Shown: positions 12,326 through 26,185 of the stretch, piece after piece
How positions within the stretch are numbered: position 1 is the stretch's first letter
Layout: each line of letters starts with the position of its first letter
DNA from: Octopus vulgaris
Lineage: Eukaryota
Direction: 5' to 3'
Length of the DNA: 64,000 nucleotides
Assembly (NCBI GenBank): GCA_951406725.2
Contig: OX597833.1
Span: forward strand, 29,016,001 to 29,080,000
Notes under the pieces: generated by a model
Seen by the model: only the letters and a program-made list of their open reading frames with translations
Databases searched by the model: none
What the model was told of the DNA's origin: nothing
Program-made: the position numbers and the translations under genes

Positions 12326-13359
12326 ATTATTATTATTATTGTGGTGAGCTGGCAGAATCATTAGCACAACAGGCAAAATGCTTAGCGGCATTTTGTCTGT
12401 CTTTATGTTCTGAGGTCAAATTCTGCTGTCAACTTCACCTTTCATCCTTTTTGGGTCAATAAATTAAGCACCAGTTTCACTGAGGTCGATATAATCAACT
12501 AGTCCCCTCCCCCAAAATTTCAGGCCTTGTGCCTTTAGTAGAAAGGGTTATTATTATCATTATTATGATTGTTATTGTTGTTGTTATAATAATAATAATA
12601 ATAATAATAATAATTATTATTATTATTGTTACAGTGGCAAGCTGACTAACGTTAGAATGTCAGGCAAAAAGTTTAATGGCATTTCTTCTATCTTGACATT
12701 CTGAGTTCAAATTCTGCTGAGGTTGACTTTGATTTTCATCCTTTCAGAGTCAATAAAATAAGTACTAGTTGAGCACTGGGATTGATGTTATCGACTTACT
12801 CCCTCCCCTGAAATAGTTGATCTTGTTCCAAAATTTGAAATCATCATTATTTATCATCATCATCATTAAGGCAATGAGCTGAAAAAATTGTTAGCATGCT
12901 AGGTAAAATGCTTAGCAGCATTTCATCCATCTTTATGTTCTGAGTTCAAATCCCACTGAGGTCAACTTTGCTTTTCATTCTTTCATGGTCAATAAATTAA
13001 ATACCAGTTGAGCCTTAGAGACTGAGGATGATGTAGTCGATTTGTCTTCTTCCCCAAAATTTCAGTTTTTGTACATATAGTAGAAAGGATTATTATTTCT
13101 ATTATTATCATCATTGAGGCAGTGAGCTGGCAGAATTGTTAGCACACAGGGCAAAATGCTTAGTGGTATTTTGTTTTTACGTTGTGAGTTCAAATTCCAC
13201 TGATGTCGATTTTGCCTCTCATCTTTTTGGTGTTGATAAAATAAGTACCAATGGAGAGCTTTGGTGTTGATGCAATTGACTTACCCTTTCCCCTGAAATT
13301 ACTGGCCTTGTGCCAAAATCTAAAATCATTTATTTAAGGTGGTGTGCTGGTAGAATGTT

Positions 13360-15210
13360 GGCCAGCAGATAAGGATAGCATAGGCTGTCCACAATTTCAC
13401 GTAGTTGGCTACACATACCACAAATTCATGATCTGTACAGTTGACTTAGATAGGCTTCATAGACAGGGTCCCGGTTACCAGAAGCTGAACACATTACAAG
13501 CATGTCAAGCTTACAGAGACTGGATTAGCATATTAATTCAGAGAGCATTCACAGGGGCAAACTGGTGGTTTGCTCTTAAAAGGGCAATTAGAGTACAATG
13601 CGTTAGGTTTAGCAAGGCTTTAGCAGTAGAAAGAAATAGAATAGAGTGAGATTTAGTTAGATGAGGTGCTTAGGAAAGAACCATTCAACATCTTGCACTC
13701 GGTCTGTCAAGGATGCCCTCTCTCCTCTCTTCTGTATGTACTGTCTCTTGAGCCACAGGGATATAGATCTGATTAGCAACACACTAAAAGAATATGAAGC
13801 GGTGACAGGAGCAGAAATTAACACAGGCAAGTCAGTGGGCTTGCAACTTGGCACCTGGAGAGGCAAATACATGCCATACAACAGTGTCATGGGGCACTGG
13901 GCATATGGTCTGGTTTGGTCCAGACCTCCAGGTGGAGAAAAACTGGGACAAGGTGACAAACAGGGTGGCCAATCTCATCCAGAAATGGGCCGAGAGGAAG
14001 CTGTCTCTGAAGGGTCGAGCCGAGGTGGCGAATGCATACATCACATCCATCATCTATTACCACTTGACCATCGTCTCTTGCCCCGTTTGCTGGTTGATCA
14101 AGCCAGTGTGCTTACTCTTCCATTTTCTGTGGAAGGGGCACGTTCCGTTGGTCAGGATTTCCAGCTGCTGAATGGAGGGCTGGGCATGCTGTAGTTGCTG
14201 ATGTGCAGACATGCACTCAGGCTATGGCATCTCGATCATTTCCTTGACAGTGAGCAAGTGTGGTTACCATTTGTCGAGCTGCAATCCCGGATTAGGCGTA
14301 GGGCAAGGAGGGGTGCTTGGCACCTTGAGTGCCATCAAGCACTCACAGCTCTCTGCCAAGCAGGCAATGTGGTCGGTGGTAGTTCCATTCTAGCATTCTA
14401 TAGTGAGTTAGTGGAGGGAAAGTGCAATGACGTTCTCAGGGAAACTCTGGGCATCAACGAGGATCAACTTACTGGCTTGTTTTAGAACTTTCGGGTCTGA
14501 GCCTATGGATAACTTGCCCGGAGGTGCTACAGAGGGATTGCTTGCTGCCTGTTCAGGATAAACTTTGCAGGCATGGAAGTGCTATCAGCTGGGCCTGCCC
14601 AAGGTGCATGCAGAGTGATGAAACCATTCTGCATGCCCTTGTCCAGTGCCCAATCATTACTGACCTGTGGGTTTATGTCAAACACCATGTAGAACAGATC
14701 CGGCTATCAGCTGAAGATTGCTGGCCTGGAGGGGCAGGCAATTTTTATTTGTCTGGTGGCTCTAGCAAAAGAGGTAGCATGGTGGGCTTGTTTGAAAGGG
14801 CTATACTCAGACACTTTTCTCTTTGCCCAGGTCCTCATCAACTTTTTCAAGTTTCACTTGAGGAAAGTGAGGGTGGAGAGAGAAGTGTTGCCTTCTAGCA
14901 AATTTGTTGAAAGGTGAATGAATGAAGAATGGCCAGGGTGAAAGGACCAATTGTGAGCAATCACCTGTGAATGATAAAAGCAGAAGCGCTCTTGCCCTGT
15001 GGTTCACACATCCATGGCTTTTGTGGGTTTTTCCACGAGGACCTTTAAAGTACCTCTCCTATTGGCAGTTTTATGTTGTTTAATATTTTATTGTTTTGTA
15101 TTGTTTACACAAGGAAAACCCTTTGTATCATCTTATGTTGTCTTTTAATGTTACTGTATGTCCTTTAATGTTGTTTTATGTAAGCCCTTGTGGCTAATAA
15201 AAGAATAAAT
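13360..15210 (+). mobile_element. Internally deleted Tx1/L1-clade LINE (end of endonuclease, RT remnants, Zn knuckle, 3' UTR)
   Basis: Frameshifted motifs GPGY(Q)KLN, SVCQGCPLSPLLY, LKEYEAVTGAEINTGKS, KWAERKLSLKGRAEVANAY, CPRCMQSDETILHALVQCP; 3' end aataaaagaataaatt. Confidence 0.85.
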
Positions 15211-16259
15211 TATTTTTATTATTAATATTATTTTGTTTAGAATTAATAAATTCAACTACCACATAAACATTATGGGATGCTCTCGTTTCATGTCAACAAA
15301 CTGGACACAGTTTTTGTGAAGTCTAAGCAGTTAATCATGTGTAACCAAATGATACTCAAGTTTTACAGCTGGATGCTCATTTACTTGTTAATCAACTAAG
15401 AGTGTTATCTAAGAGAGAGAGAGGGGAAAAGAGGAAGAGAACATTAAAAAAAGGTGATGATGAAAGAAGAAGTTAGGAATGTCTGAGACATTGACCTTAT
15501 TAAGTTGCAAATTCTAAAGACCTAAGTAAAAAGAGATAAAGAATATGAGAGAGAAAAATGAGAGGAAGGGGGATAAATTAATTAATGATATCTATAAGCT
15601 GATGTCCTCAATAGCTAAACTGTGTTAATAGATCAATCTAATCTCCTATTGGTTAATCTCCCCATCACATGACCTGGCTCTTTTTCTAATTAATAGTGAA
15701 GGTATCCAGTGAAAAACTTTTTTCAAATTCTCCATACAGATGTCATTGCCATCTGTAGAAAACATTTTTTATACACACACACATTTGTCATTGATTACTC
15801 TGTTTGTATTTCCAATTTGTCTTGGAAAGTCTTGTTATCAAGGAGTTCATATTAAGTAAGTTGCTAAGTGAACAATACGTTACTGTTTGTATATGTTGCT
15901 AAGTGAACTATACATTGTTGTGTAAAAAAAAGACAAACTCAAACCTTTTGTGAGATTTTACATCGATATTTAAAACTTCTCACAATAAAAAAAACCAAGG
16001 GAACTTCTAGGTCGTCGCCTGACTGCTAGAAATAGCAGTCAAATTTTCAAATCACACTCTACTTTTAAAAGAAAAAAGACATTGAAGTAATGGTGTGTTG
16101 CTGTTAAGCTTCAATACATCTGGGTTCAAAAAGTACATTGCATTAAAATAAAGCTTGCAGCAAAATCTCTATTTTGGTACAGCTTATTGCTTAAACCACA
16201 CTTATGTGTTTAACTCTTTTTCACCAGCCTGCTTGAGACTGCTCCTAATGCTATGATCT

Positions 16260-16712
16260 TACTTGTTTCAATCATTAGACTGCGACCATACTGGAGTACT
16301 GCTTTTAATTGTTTTAGTTGAACAAATAGACCCCAGTACTTCGTTTTGTCAAGCCTGGTACTTACTGTATCAGTCTGTTTTGCCAAACTGCTAAGTTATG
16401 GAGGTGTAAACACGCCAACACTGGTTGTCAAGCAGTGGTGGGGGACAAACACAGACACTAAGACACACACACATCATCATCATCATCATCATCGTTTAAC
16501 GTCCGTTTTCCGCGCTAGCACGGGTTGGACGGTTTGACCGGGGTCTGGGGAGCCAGGGGCTGCCCCAGGCTTAGGCTTCTTTCAGTTTCTACCAAATCCT
16601 CACAAGGCTTTGGTTGGCCTGAGGCTATAGTAGAAGACACTTGCCCAAGGTGCCACATAGTAGGATTGAACCATATAGTTGGGAAGCAAGCTTCTTACCA
16701 CACAGCCATGCC
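16260..16712 (-). mobile_element. SINE family B copy with a truncated family C SINE inserted (~16473-16570)
   Basis: Family B tail (rc of tacttgtttc...ccatactggag) and a CORE-like block (ttgggcaagtgtcttctactatagcc). The insert carries the family C tail gcggaaaacggacgttaaacgatgatg. Confidence 0.65.
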
Positions 16713-17600
16713 AAGCAATTTAAATTAAAATCTATCAAAATTTCACATGAATTTATGTTCTAAATGTTACCTTAATAAGGAAAAAGTTTATTTAATAAAT
16801 TCTTCATTAGTTTTGAAATTAATTGGAATAAAGGTAGTGTATTTCCATATATACAGTAATAGATGGGATAACTCATGTAGCAAATGTGCTTTAAAATTTC
16901 AGTGCAGTTTTTGTATATAAACCGAACGTGTTTAAATGGTGCAGTAAATGTATAATGCTGCAGCATCATTTGTGTAATTATTTGTAAATACTATTTAGCT
17001 ATATGTCAGTGTTGATTAAACAAACCAAAGATGAATGGTGTTTCAACTGTGACCGGCTTGTCTCATTTCTGATGTTGCGTATATTTAGGACTACATTGTC
17101 TCTTGTATCCTTCCTGTTTTTAAAACAATATAGTGTGGTATTAGAGAGATTTCACTGTTATTTCTTATAGGTCTTGATGCTACATAGGAGATTTTCTCAT
17201 TGGTTCCTGTTGTTGCAGGAAGTTCTTGATGATGTCTATTGCTCACTTTTGGATAGTGGATTAATATGTGCACAAATCTGTTTATAAGGATTTTCTTTAA
17301 CTAATGGATATTATTGCTAATGAAATACATGTAAGATGATATAAATAAAATAATTTATGAATCAAATATAATATATATAAAACTACTGTCAGAAAGTTGA
17401 CTGTTACACATAGTGTCAAATGTCTACAGAGAAGGCCCTAATGTCTCACCTGAGTCCCTATTTTAAAGATAGTAGGAAGCTTAGTTTAATCATTTGAAGT
17501 TAAACATGTGTAAATATTCCAACATTTCCTTGTGAAGATGAAGATGATACCACAGATTTTTGAGTTGTAAGGTTCATGTCTCTTCCTCATTATACACACA

Positions 17601-18080
17601 CACAAGGTGCATTCCAAGAGTTTTCAGACCTTTACAGGAAGTACAAAGCTCTAATCTACTTCAAAGTAGGACCCTCTGACTTCAATGCACTTGTTGTAGC
17701 ACTCTAATCACATTGTGATGGCCTCGCAGAAGTCCTCCAAAGTGAGAGTCTTCAGGACCATTGTCATAGCTTCAAAGCAACTGCTTCTGAAGTTCTCCAG
17801 CTTGGGGAACAACCAAAAGTCACAGAGAGCAAGGTCGAGTCAGTAGGGAGGGTGAGGGACAGTTTTTGATGTAGTTGGTTACCAGGATGGAATTGTAGAG
17901 TGGTATATATCAGGATAGAATTGTAGAATGGTACTTGGTTACCAGGATGCTCAGCACTGAGCACTCTAGGAACAAACTTTGTACAAATTTCACAGTTGTT
18001 CAGATCTTCATGAATAATTCTATGTACAGTTATAACTGTCTCCTAAAAAAAGTCTAAATACTTCTAGAATACACCTTGTG
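17601..18080 (-). mobile_element. Internally deleted mariner element (~480 bp)
   Basis: Imperfect ~28-bp TIRs (cacaaggtgcattccaagagttttcagac / gtctaaatacttctagaatacaccttgtg). Minus strand gives IIHEDL...KFVPRVL, then TVPHPPY*LDLALCDFWLFPKL and NKCIEVRGSYFEVD. Confidence 0.8.
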
Positions 18081-18779
18081 CATATATATATACACACACG
18101 TGTGTGTATGTATGTGTGTGTATATATATATATAAAGTTTTATATTTTACTTATTTCAGTTACTGCACTGTGGCCATGCTGGAGCACTACCCACCCACTT
18201 TTCCTATTCATCTGTCCCTATTCTCTCCCTTATTCACCTTGTACTTTGACCTCATATCTCTCTCTCTCCAAATGGAAAGCTCTGTAATCACCTCTTCAGC
18301 CAGACACCTGCTCCTGTCCCTCTATCATACTTTCATATGTCTCATTACTATATCCCACTCAGCTAAGGAATCTTGTCTTGTGAGTACTTAGTGACGTCAC
18401 TGGTGCTGGTGCCTCGAGAAAGCACCCGTTATACCTAATAAAGTGGTTGGTGTTAGGAAGGGCATCCAGCTATAGAAAATATGTCAAAGCAGACACTGGA
18501 GCTCAATACAGTATTCTAGTTCATCAGTTCTTGTAGAACCGTCCAACCCATGTCAGCATGGAAAACATATTAAACGATCATGATAATTATTACGATGACA
18601 TGCATATTTAGATATCATTTATTATATAATATAAATATCCAATTATAATTTATCGCCACGTTATATACATGCATGTGTTATATATGATATGCTATTAATA
18701 TTACAGATAAAGTTTGTATGTTTATATTTATGTAATATATATAAATTATATATTATAGATATTAAATACTTTTTATATC

Positions 18780-18960
18780 ATCGTGATAGATCGTTAGCCA
18801 CTACACACATTTTTTTCTCTCCTTGTTTTCTTTGTCCCTTTCTGTAGAAGAGCCTACGCTCGAAACGTAAAAGACCTTTTCTATTCCTGAGCGTTATACT
18901 AATACATCTGTTTGTTTTGTACACCACCTGTCTTCGTCTTTTGTTTCTTTCGTAAACTCT

Positions 18961-18963
<3 letters not shown>
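18780..18963 (+). mobile_element. Penelope-pLTR-like relic with a degenerate minimal hammerhead-like motif
   Basis: cttt-ctgtagaaga-gcctacgctc-GAAACGTA-aaag (18838-18873), followed by a (TA)n run. Confidence 0.4.
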
Positions 18964-19026
<63 letters not shown>

Positions 19027-20694
19027 GTATAAAACCATCATTTTAACGTCATTTGTAAATATATTTCAAACGTTGTGTGTGTGAGTAATTTCTGTGTGTC
19101 AGATTAAATACCAGTAGCATTAAAGGCTATCACATATTAATAGTTTTTTTGTTTGTTTTTTAATGGTGCTAGATTTAATCTTGTTTGAGATTATTCAATT
19201 ATTGAGGTTTGGAAAACGTGCTAATGTTAATATCCTCAGGTCGATAAAATTAGTACCAGTTGATCGTTGGGGGTCTATGTAATCAACTTACCTCCCTCCC
19301 CCGAAATGACTGGCCTTGTACCAAAATTTGAAACCAATATTATCCTCGGGTGACATTCACCACCTGTGGCTCCTACATGTTAGGTGGTCTAGACATAACG
19401 GTCTTATTTGACCGAGTGTACAAATCCAGAATTGGCAGTATCTATCTAAAATATATTCTGAAGCAAGCACCATAACAAGTTTCATATCTAGAAGCTTGTC
19501 TGTTCTCAACTAAGTTCGCAGTTGTTGACAAGCTGAAACAATAACAAGGAAAAAAATTGATTTAGTGAAAACTAATGAGCCTTTTACAAAATCTAATGCT
19601 TTTTCTCTAGCTTTTAATAATGATAAAATGTTTTCGGTGTTCCCAACGACATATTTGGTCACTAAATCAAATAGAATATCTACAATAAAAACATTAGTTT
19701 CATAAACTGTTTCAATAATTACCACTGTGAAAGATATAATAGTGAAAATAATTATTATATAATTCAAAATGAGGGGCGGAATTAGCGAAACCCTGTGAGC
19801 AGGAGAGGAATAATGGCCTTATACACCGAGAACTTCTCAATTTTCGTATGTTAAGTAAAGCGATTGCCATTCAAGTGATAAATTACGTGGCTCCAAGTCC
19901 TGGTAACGAAACTCTTTCTCGACTTTTTCAAATTGGTGCTTTACAATGCCTAATATCAATGTATTTAGATATTTGTGTGAATGGTCGGTCAAGCAGCAAC
20001 CAACCAGTAGTTACAATAGTAGTAGCTATGTCGTTTTGGTGTTGTAAGTAGTATTCTGGTGCGTTGTTGATGTATCTAGAATGTGTGGGTAGTTGGACAT
20101 GTTAGCAGTGACTGTGTGGGTTGGAGCAGATTGCAGCTATTGAATCATGCTCTTCAAATAGATGGGCTATGGTGTTTTTGATGACAAGGGCCTGAACAGT
20201 GATAAAACGCAGGATAGTTTTCCTTTGAGGATTTGCTTTAATGATGGATATGCTTATCTAAATAACAGCCACTAATATCTAACAAGGAAGTAGTAGTTGA
20301 TACCCTCCACTTTGTAATGTCTTCATATTCTGTCATATAAAATTTTTACGTTATGAGGACTACATATAAAGGAAGACCATGACGGTAACTAAAGGATGTT
20401 ATTAATTTGACTCAAGTGAAACCAAATACCGAGTCATCGGTAACACTATTTTAATATAGGAACAAATATAAGGGACGTGTATTGTCAGTTAATTCTAACT
20501 TAGTACTTAACTGGTTTTTAGTCGACTAAGAGGAAATTCAGGAAGACAAAGGGACATAACCAAATAATCTGTCCGGTGCTATACCGATTCTGCTACATCA
20601 AGTACTGCTAATAGAACGGTAGTATTTGAACCCCTGACTGGAGAAACTATGATAAACAATTCAGTCAAAGATATATTTTGAAACCTGGTTGTGA

Positions 20695-20940
<246 letters not shown>

Positions 20941-21795
20941 TAGGTCAACGATCGTCATGAATAATTTGCTTCAGATCGCTGGAAATACTTTCACTCGACA
21001 ATCTCTTGGACGATGACTATACTGTGTGTGTACGTGTGTTGTGTGTGAGAGAGAGAGAGAGAACACTAGTTCAATACCTGCTGCGTTAATCATCACCTTC
21101 CTTCCTCACTCTTTGTTTCATGTTAAACACAGATTGTATGTGTGTATCACTCCTCTGTATTTCGTGGTATTATTATGTTTGTATATATAAACCCTTATGG
21201 CCAATAAAAGAATTATTGTTATTATTATTCAGCTAACTCCCCCCCCCCCACGAACGTCAACAATAATATAACCGACTATGTTGAGGTGACAATCAGGATC
21301 TCCTTCACCATTGTCAACACTGCCATTGATAGTTGGGCGTGTGAGATAACAAAAATTGACTAGTAAAGGTGCTTATTGCCCTAATCTCTTATCTCCGCCT
21401 CTCTCTCTCTCAACACATCCTACCTAATGTATCGCATTCAGTACGTACTATTCATTGCACCTCTCTCTGTCTCCCCCCTCTCTCTCTCTCTCTCTACATA
21501 GTGCACTTCTCTTTATTTCAGCAGTTGCAGTATGTCATCACTGCTATATTTGCATGCTTATTTTGCCTCTTGCCGTCCAATGTCTGCTAGGAATGGTAGG
21601 AAGATGCAATCATACCTGTCGCAGCATAGATGGATACAGCTACGTGCAGAGACAAGGAGTGTGTATACATATATTCCTTACACATTATAACCGTCATTCA
21701 TTCGTTGAAGTCGGTGTTAGATGGAAAGGCTTCCCCAACGGAAAGTGTTCCATTTTAACAGCTATTAGCACACTTTATTACCCACTACTCTCTCT

Positions 21796-21839
<44 letters not shown>

Positions 21840-23341
21840 GTGTGTATGTAATTCTCAATACGATTGATCATTTGAATAAAATGTTTTATATCTTTAAATT
21901 ATGTATTACGTGCTAATATTCTAGGCAACTAGATGATCTGCTGTGTGAGGTGGATGGGGGGGGTGCGTGTAGTCGTCATATTCAGTTGGTGAACGATGAT
22001 GGCTGACCACGGTATTGAGCAGATACCTCATAGAGGATATACTTTACATTTACATAACCTGTCACCACAAATGTTACTGCTACAACTGCCTCTGCCGGTA
22101 TTTGAACTATTTCCACGTCCTTTTTATCAATCAAATATTCTCCTATCTTAAAATATTTTACCAATATCTCCACCAGTGTTCCATCAAACACGTCTGTCTG
22201 TCTGTCTATCTTCATTCTAATCAACTTTCACCAATCGCCACACTAACATAATATAATTTTAAAATAACACTTTCATATCTTAAGATGGGTATACCAGGAA
22301 GCGAATGATTTCTCTCAGATGTATTTTCTTCTCTTTTCATCTTTGTTATATTCAAATACCTTTTTGATGCACTATAAACGTGGACTGTTGTGTGTTATCC
22401 AATGCATCCGCCATGTAATAAAACTGAGATTCCACTTACACATTGATAAACATCACTGAAACACATGCACATATCTCGCTTTCTCTCCATATGTGTGTGT
22501 ATACATATCTTTATGCATGCATCGAGATGTGTGTATGAATGTTTGTATGCCTGTGTATATATATAATGTGCGATTTTGTACACATTTCTTTAAGTGTGCA
22601 TATTTGTGTGTTTATATATATATATATATATATGCGTGTGTCTGTATACACGCTCGTACTCATATATATATAGCTACAAGCATTGTGTGTGCATACATAT
22701 ATTCTTAGATATAAGTATATAGGTGTGTGCGTATATATATTGAATGCTTGCCGTTTATTGGGATGAAAGTGGGACAAAGACTTAAACGGTTGATATCATT
22801 AAGCAAAGAATGAATCAGTATTCTGTGAACCAGTAATTTTGATAACAATAAGCATTTGATAACATTATCGGTGGTTATAAGTGGTTACACAGACACTATT
22901 GAATAGGAGAGAGAGCACAAGGGTGAAAATAAAGAGCGCTCGCGTGTGCATTTGTGTATCTGTGCGTGCGCGTCCGCGCAAGCACGTTCACTCAAACCCA
23001 GGCATAATTCTAATACATAAATACACAGAGAGCTAAATATAACGTACATTAAGCACGCATTCACACGCAGACATGCTTAGGTACAAGTATACTCAGCTAA
23101 GTTGTGTATTGGAATAGTTAGAAAGAAAGATTATTTAGTTGTAAGGTCGGAAATTTGAAAGTGTTACCATTGGAGCAGGACAGGTAGATGTATGTCATAC
23201 GGCTAATATATGAACTCTGTGTGTATACATTTAAATATATATATAAGAAGAAAAAAGAGATTTAAAAAATGCAGGCACATATCAACAAAGCACGCAAATG
23301 TGATTTTCTCTATCCGTATTTTTGGTTTTGTTATAAATATA

Positions 23342-23488
23342 CGGGTTCTCTATAAAATGTCAAGCGCCGAAGACAGTGGGTAGGAAAAGGAGAAACACCG
23401 GCACTTGAGGTTAAAGACGGTCTTCACCAACGTAAGGCGTTGTTATCTGTTTGGTGGGATATGAAAGGTTTAATCCACTTTGAACTTT
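23342..23488 (+). mobile_element. Mariner internal fragment, inverted relative to the neighbouring element
   Basis: Matches the reverse complement of ~24135-24283 (NVKRRRQWV.KGET...LLSVWWDMK region). Confidence 0.8.
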
Positions 23489-23639
23489 ATATTTATATAT
23501 ATATAATAGAAATATGTTACAAAAAGAAAATAGAAACTACACGTGGAAATGTAAGGGGAAAGTAAGAAGAAAAAAAAGCGAAAATTCCCTTTTTTTTTAT
23601 TTCCAATGTGCATTTTCGCTTCTTTTCTTCTTGCTTCCC

Positions 23640-23686
<47 letters not shown>

Positions 23687-23692
<6 letters not shown>

Positions 23693-24920
23693 CAACCCAT
23701 AAATAATGCGGTTTTTATACCTCTTATTTTCCAAAATTCAGATGTACAAAGTTCATTTTAAATCTAATATATACTCTCCTTCATTTTCTACATTGCACTT
23801 CCAAAATTCAATTGTCTGTGACGAAAGATACTCAAGTACTGTCCTGTCTTCGTCTACAAAATTCATATTTTTTCCATCCAAATGATTTTGAAGACTGGAA
23901 TAAATGGTAGTTAGATGGAGCAATATCCAGCGAATATGGTGGGTGGGGCATCGTTTCCCATTCAAACTGCTCCTGCCTTTGGAATGTCATCCTTGCTGTA
24001 TGTGGCCAAGCATTATCCTGATGAAAGAACACCTTTCGTCTTGAAACCAAAGATGGTCGTTTTCCTTCTAGCATTGACTTAAGCTGCTTGAGCTGCTCAC
24101 AGTAGATCTCCTTTATTACCGTTTGGTTTAGGTTTAAAAGTTCAAAGAAGACTAAACTTTTCATATCCCACCAAACAGATAACAGCTCCTTACGTTGGTG
24201 AAAACCTTTAACTTGGGGTGCCAGTGTTTCTCCTTTCCTTACCCACTGTCTTCGGCGCTTGACATTTTTATGGAGAACCCATTTCTTGTCACCAGTCACT
24301 TTTTGGACCAAAAAAAGGTTCGTTTGTGAGATGTAACAACAAAGAAGCACACATTCACTCTCTGCATGTGATTAGACTCGGAAAGTTTGTGAGGAACCCA
24401 TTGATCTGATTAGCTGACTTTTCCAATGGCACACAGGTGTTGATGAATGGTTTAACTACCAAATCCAAGTTTCTCAGCTAGTTCCTCAACAGTTACAATG
24501 GAATTTTGTTCCACCAGGGTTTGCAGGACATACTCATCGAGCTCTACAGATCTTCCAGGACAAGGCTCATCTTCTAGGCTGTAGTTTCTGGCCTGGAATT
24601 TCTGGAACCACCATTGACACTGGTTTATGCTTATTGTCTGATTCATCCCCATATACTGCATTAATATTCCTCGCACTTTGTTGCCTTTATTGAACTCATA
24701 AAGCAAAATATACTGAATATGCGCCTTTGTCACTTCCATTATAGCTTTGAAAAAATAATTGTTAAAATCGAACTGCATTCTTCAAAACTTACACTAAGAA
24801 TAAGCACAAGGTAAAATTACTACCTGTTTTTATAGCAAGTTGATGCAGGTAGTTTATCCTGTTCCCATCTGACTTTTAGTTCATGTAGTTGAAAAAACTA
24901 CATTATTTGTGGGATGGCTC
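23687..24920 (-). mobile_element. Near full-length mariner (DD34D) transposon with pseudogenised transposase
   Basis: Left TIR ttggatcaacccataaataatgcggttttt directly after (TA)n; degenerate right TIR aaaaaactacattatttgtgggatg. Transposase motifs across frameshifts: ILLYEFNKG, SLEDEPCPGRS, VTGDKKW, FHQDNAWPH, HPPYSLDIAPSNYHLF. Confidence 0.9.
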
Positions 24921-24934
24921 TCTCTCTCTCTCTC

Positions 24935-24982
<48 letters not shown>

Positions 24983-26019
24983 TTAACTCCATTTTCCATG
25001 CTGGCATGGGTTGAACGTTTTGACAAGAATTGGTGAGCCAGAAGACTGCATCAAGCTCCATTATCTTTTCAGGCATAACTTCTAGAGATGGATGCCCTTC
25101 CAAATGCCAACCACTTTAGAGAGTGTACTGAGTGCTTTTTATGTGACACTGGTACTAGAGAGATCACTAAGTGCCTTGCAAAACTTCATCCCTCAAAGGA
25201 TGGAGGAGGGGTAGAATTGATGGCTTTATGCCAGGTGATGAGAGCTTAAAGTGTGGTAGAGGGACAGTAATAGGTGTCCTGCTGTATGGAGAGGTACATA
25301 GGTGCCTCTGTTTGAAGATAAAAAGGATGGTGGTGAAGATGTATCATTGTAACTTTGTGTTACAGGAATGGTGAATAAAAGTGAAACAGAATAGGTGAGT
25401 AAGCAAGTTTGCGGGAGGTGTGTGATGGATGGATAGAAAGGAATGCAATGGATGGTACACACAGTTGAAGGTATTGGTCAGTTGGAGGAGAAAGTGGTGG
25501 AAGTAGGTGTGGGTCAAGGAGGTAATAGGTGGCAACAAAAATGATGTGTATGTGTGAAGATGGGATGTGAGAAAGAAATGCACAGTGCTTGGGATATAAA
25601 GGCAGGAGATGGACAGGGGTAAGGGATTGGAGTGGGAGTATCCATTTGCAAAGGAGATGTACAAAGGAAAGAGAGGTGAAAGCATTCAGTGAAAAATAAG
25701 GTGATATGGGATGATGCTGAGACTGCATGAGAAAAAGGAAATGATTCCATTGAGGGTGAGCTGTATGAGTAGAAGATGAAATATGTGCAGTTTTGTTTTC
25801 ATAATTTCAACAGCTGAGAGAGTAGTGTCATAGTGATGGAGGGGTGAATGTTAAGAAGATGAGTTGTGGGAGGGATGGGCATTATGAGAATGGATTGTTG
25901 GGGTGGAGGTTCATCAGGGACTGATTGGATATATAGAGCATAGACTTAAGCGACATGCCTCAGTTTTGCTTTGATGGAAAGGTTTTCTCAAGCATAGCAA
26001 ATTGCTAGTCATCTTGAAG

Positions 26020-26185
26020 CACCCACTACACTCATGGAGTGGTTGGCGTTAGGAAGGGCATCCAGCTCTAGAAACACTGCTAGATCAGACTAGGCCTGGT
26101 GCAGCCTCCTGGCTTCCCAGACCCCAGTCGAACTGTCCAACCCATGCTAGCATGGAAAGCGGACGTTAAACGATGATGATGATAA
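26020..26185 (+). mobile_element. SINE family C copy (ggttggcgttaggaagggcatcc core, (GAT)n tail)
   Basis: Same unit at ~18390-18590(+), 24985-25165(-), 33220-33500(-), 39290-39523(+), 42888-43330(-) and 45655-45878(+). Confidence 0.8.

Larger units (their letters stand above)
10792..13345 (+). mobile_element. Tandem array of six or more SINE family A copies, interleaved with a HINE-like element and a Tx1 fragment
   Basis: Heads at ~10792, 11393, 12340, 12632, 12869, 13117 and a truncated head at ~13337. Most directly follow the ATT-rich tail of the preceding unit. Confidence 0.8.

Noticed and set aside
10792-13345. CRISPR-like regularly spaced repeats
   Set aside because: Units are ~210-bp diverged SINEs in eukaryotic DNA, with no constant repeat/spacer structure or cas genes.
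19510-19767. 85-aa hydrophobic ORF (and the 80-aa ORF at 21982-22224)
   Set aside because: No recognisable motif or splice context; this length is expected by chance.
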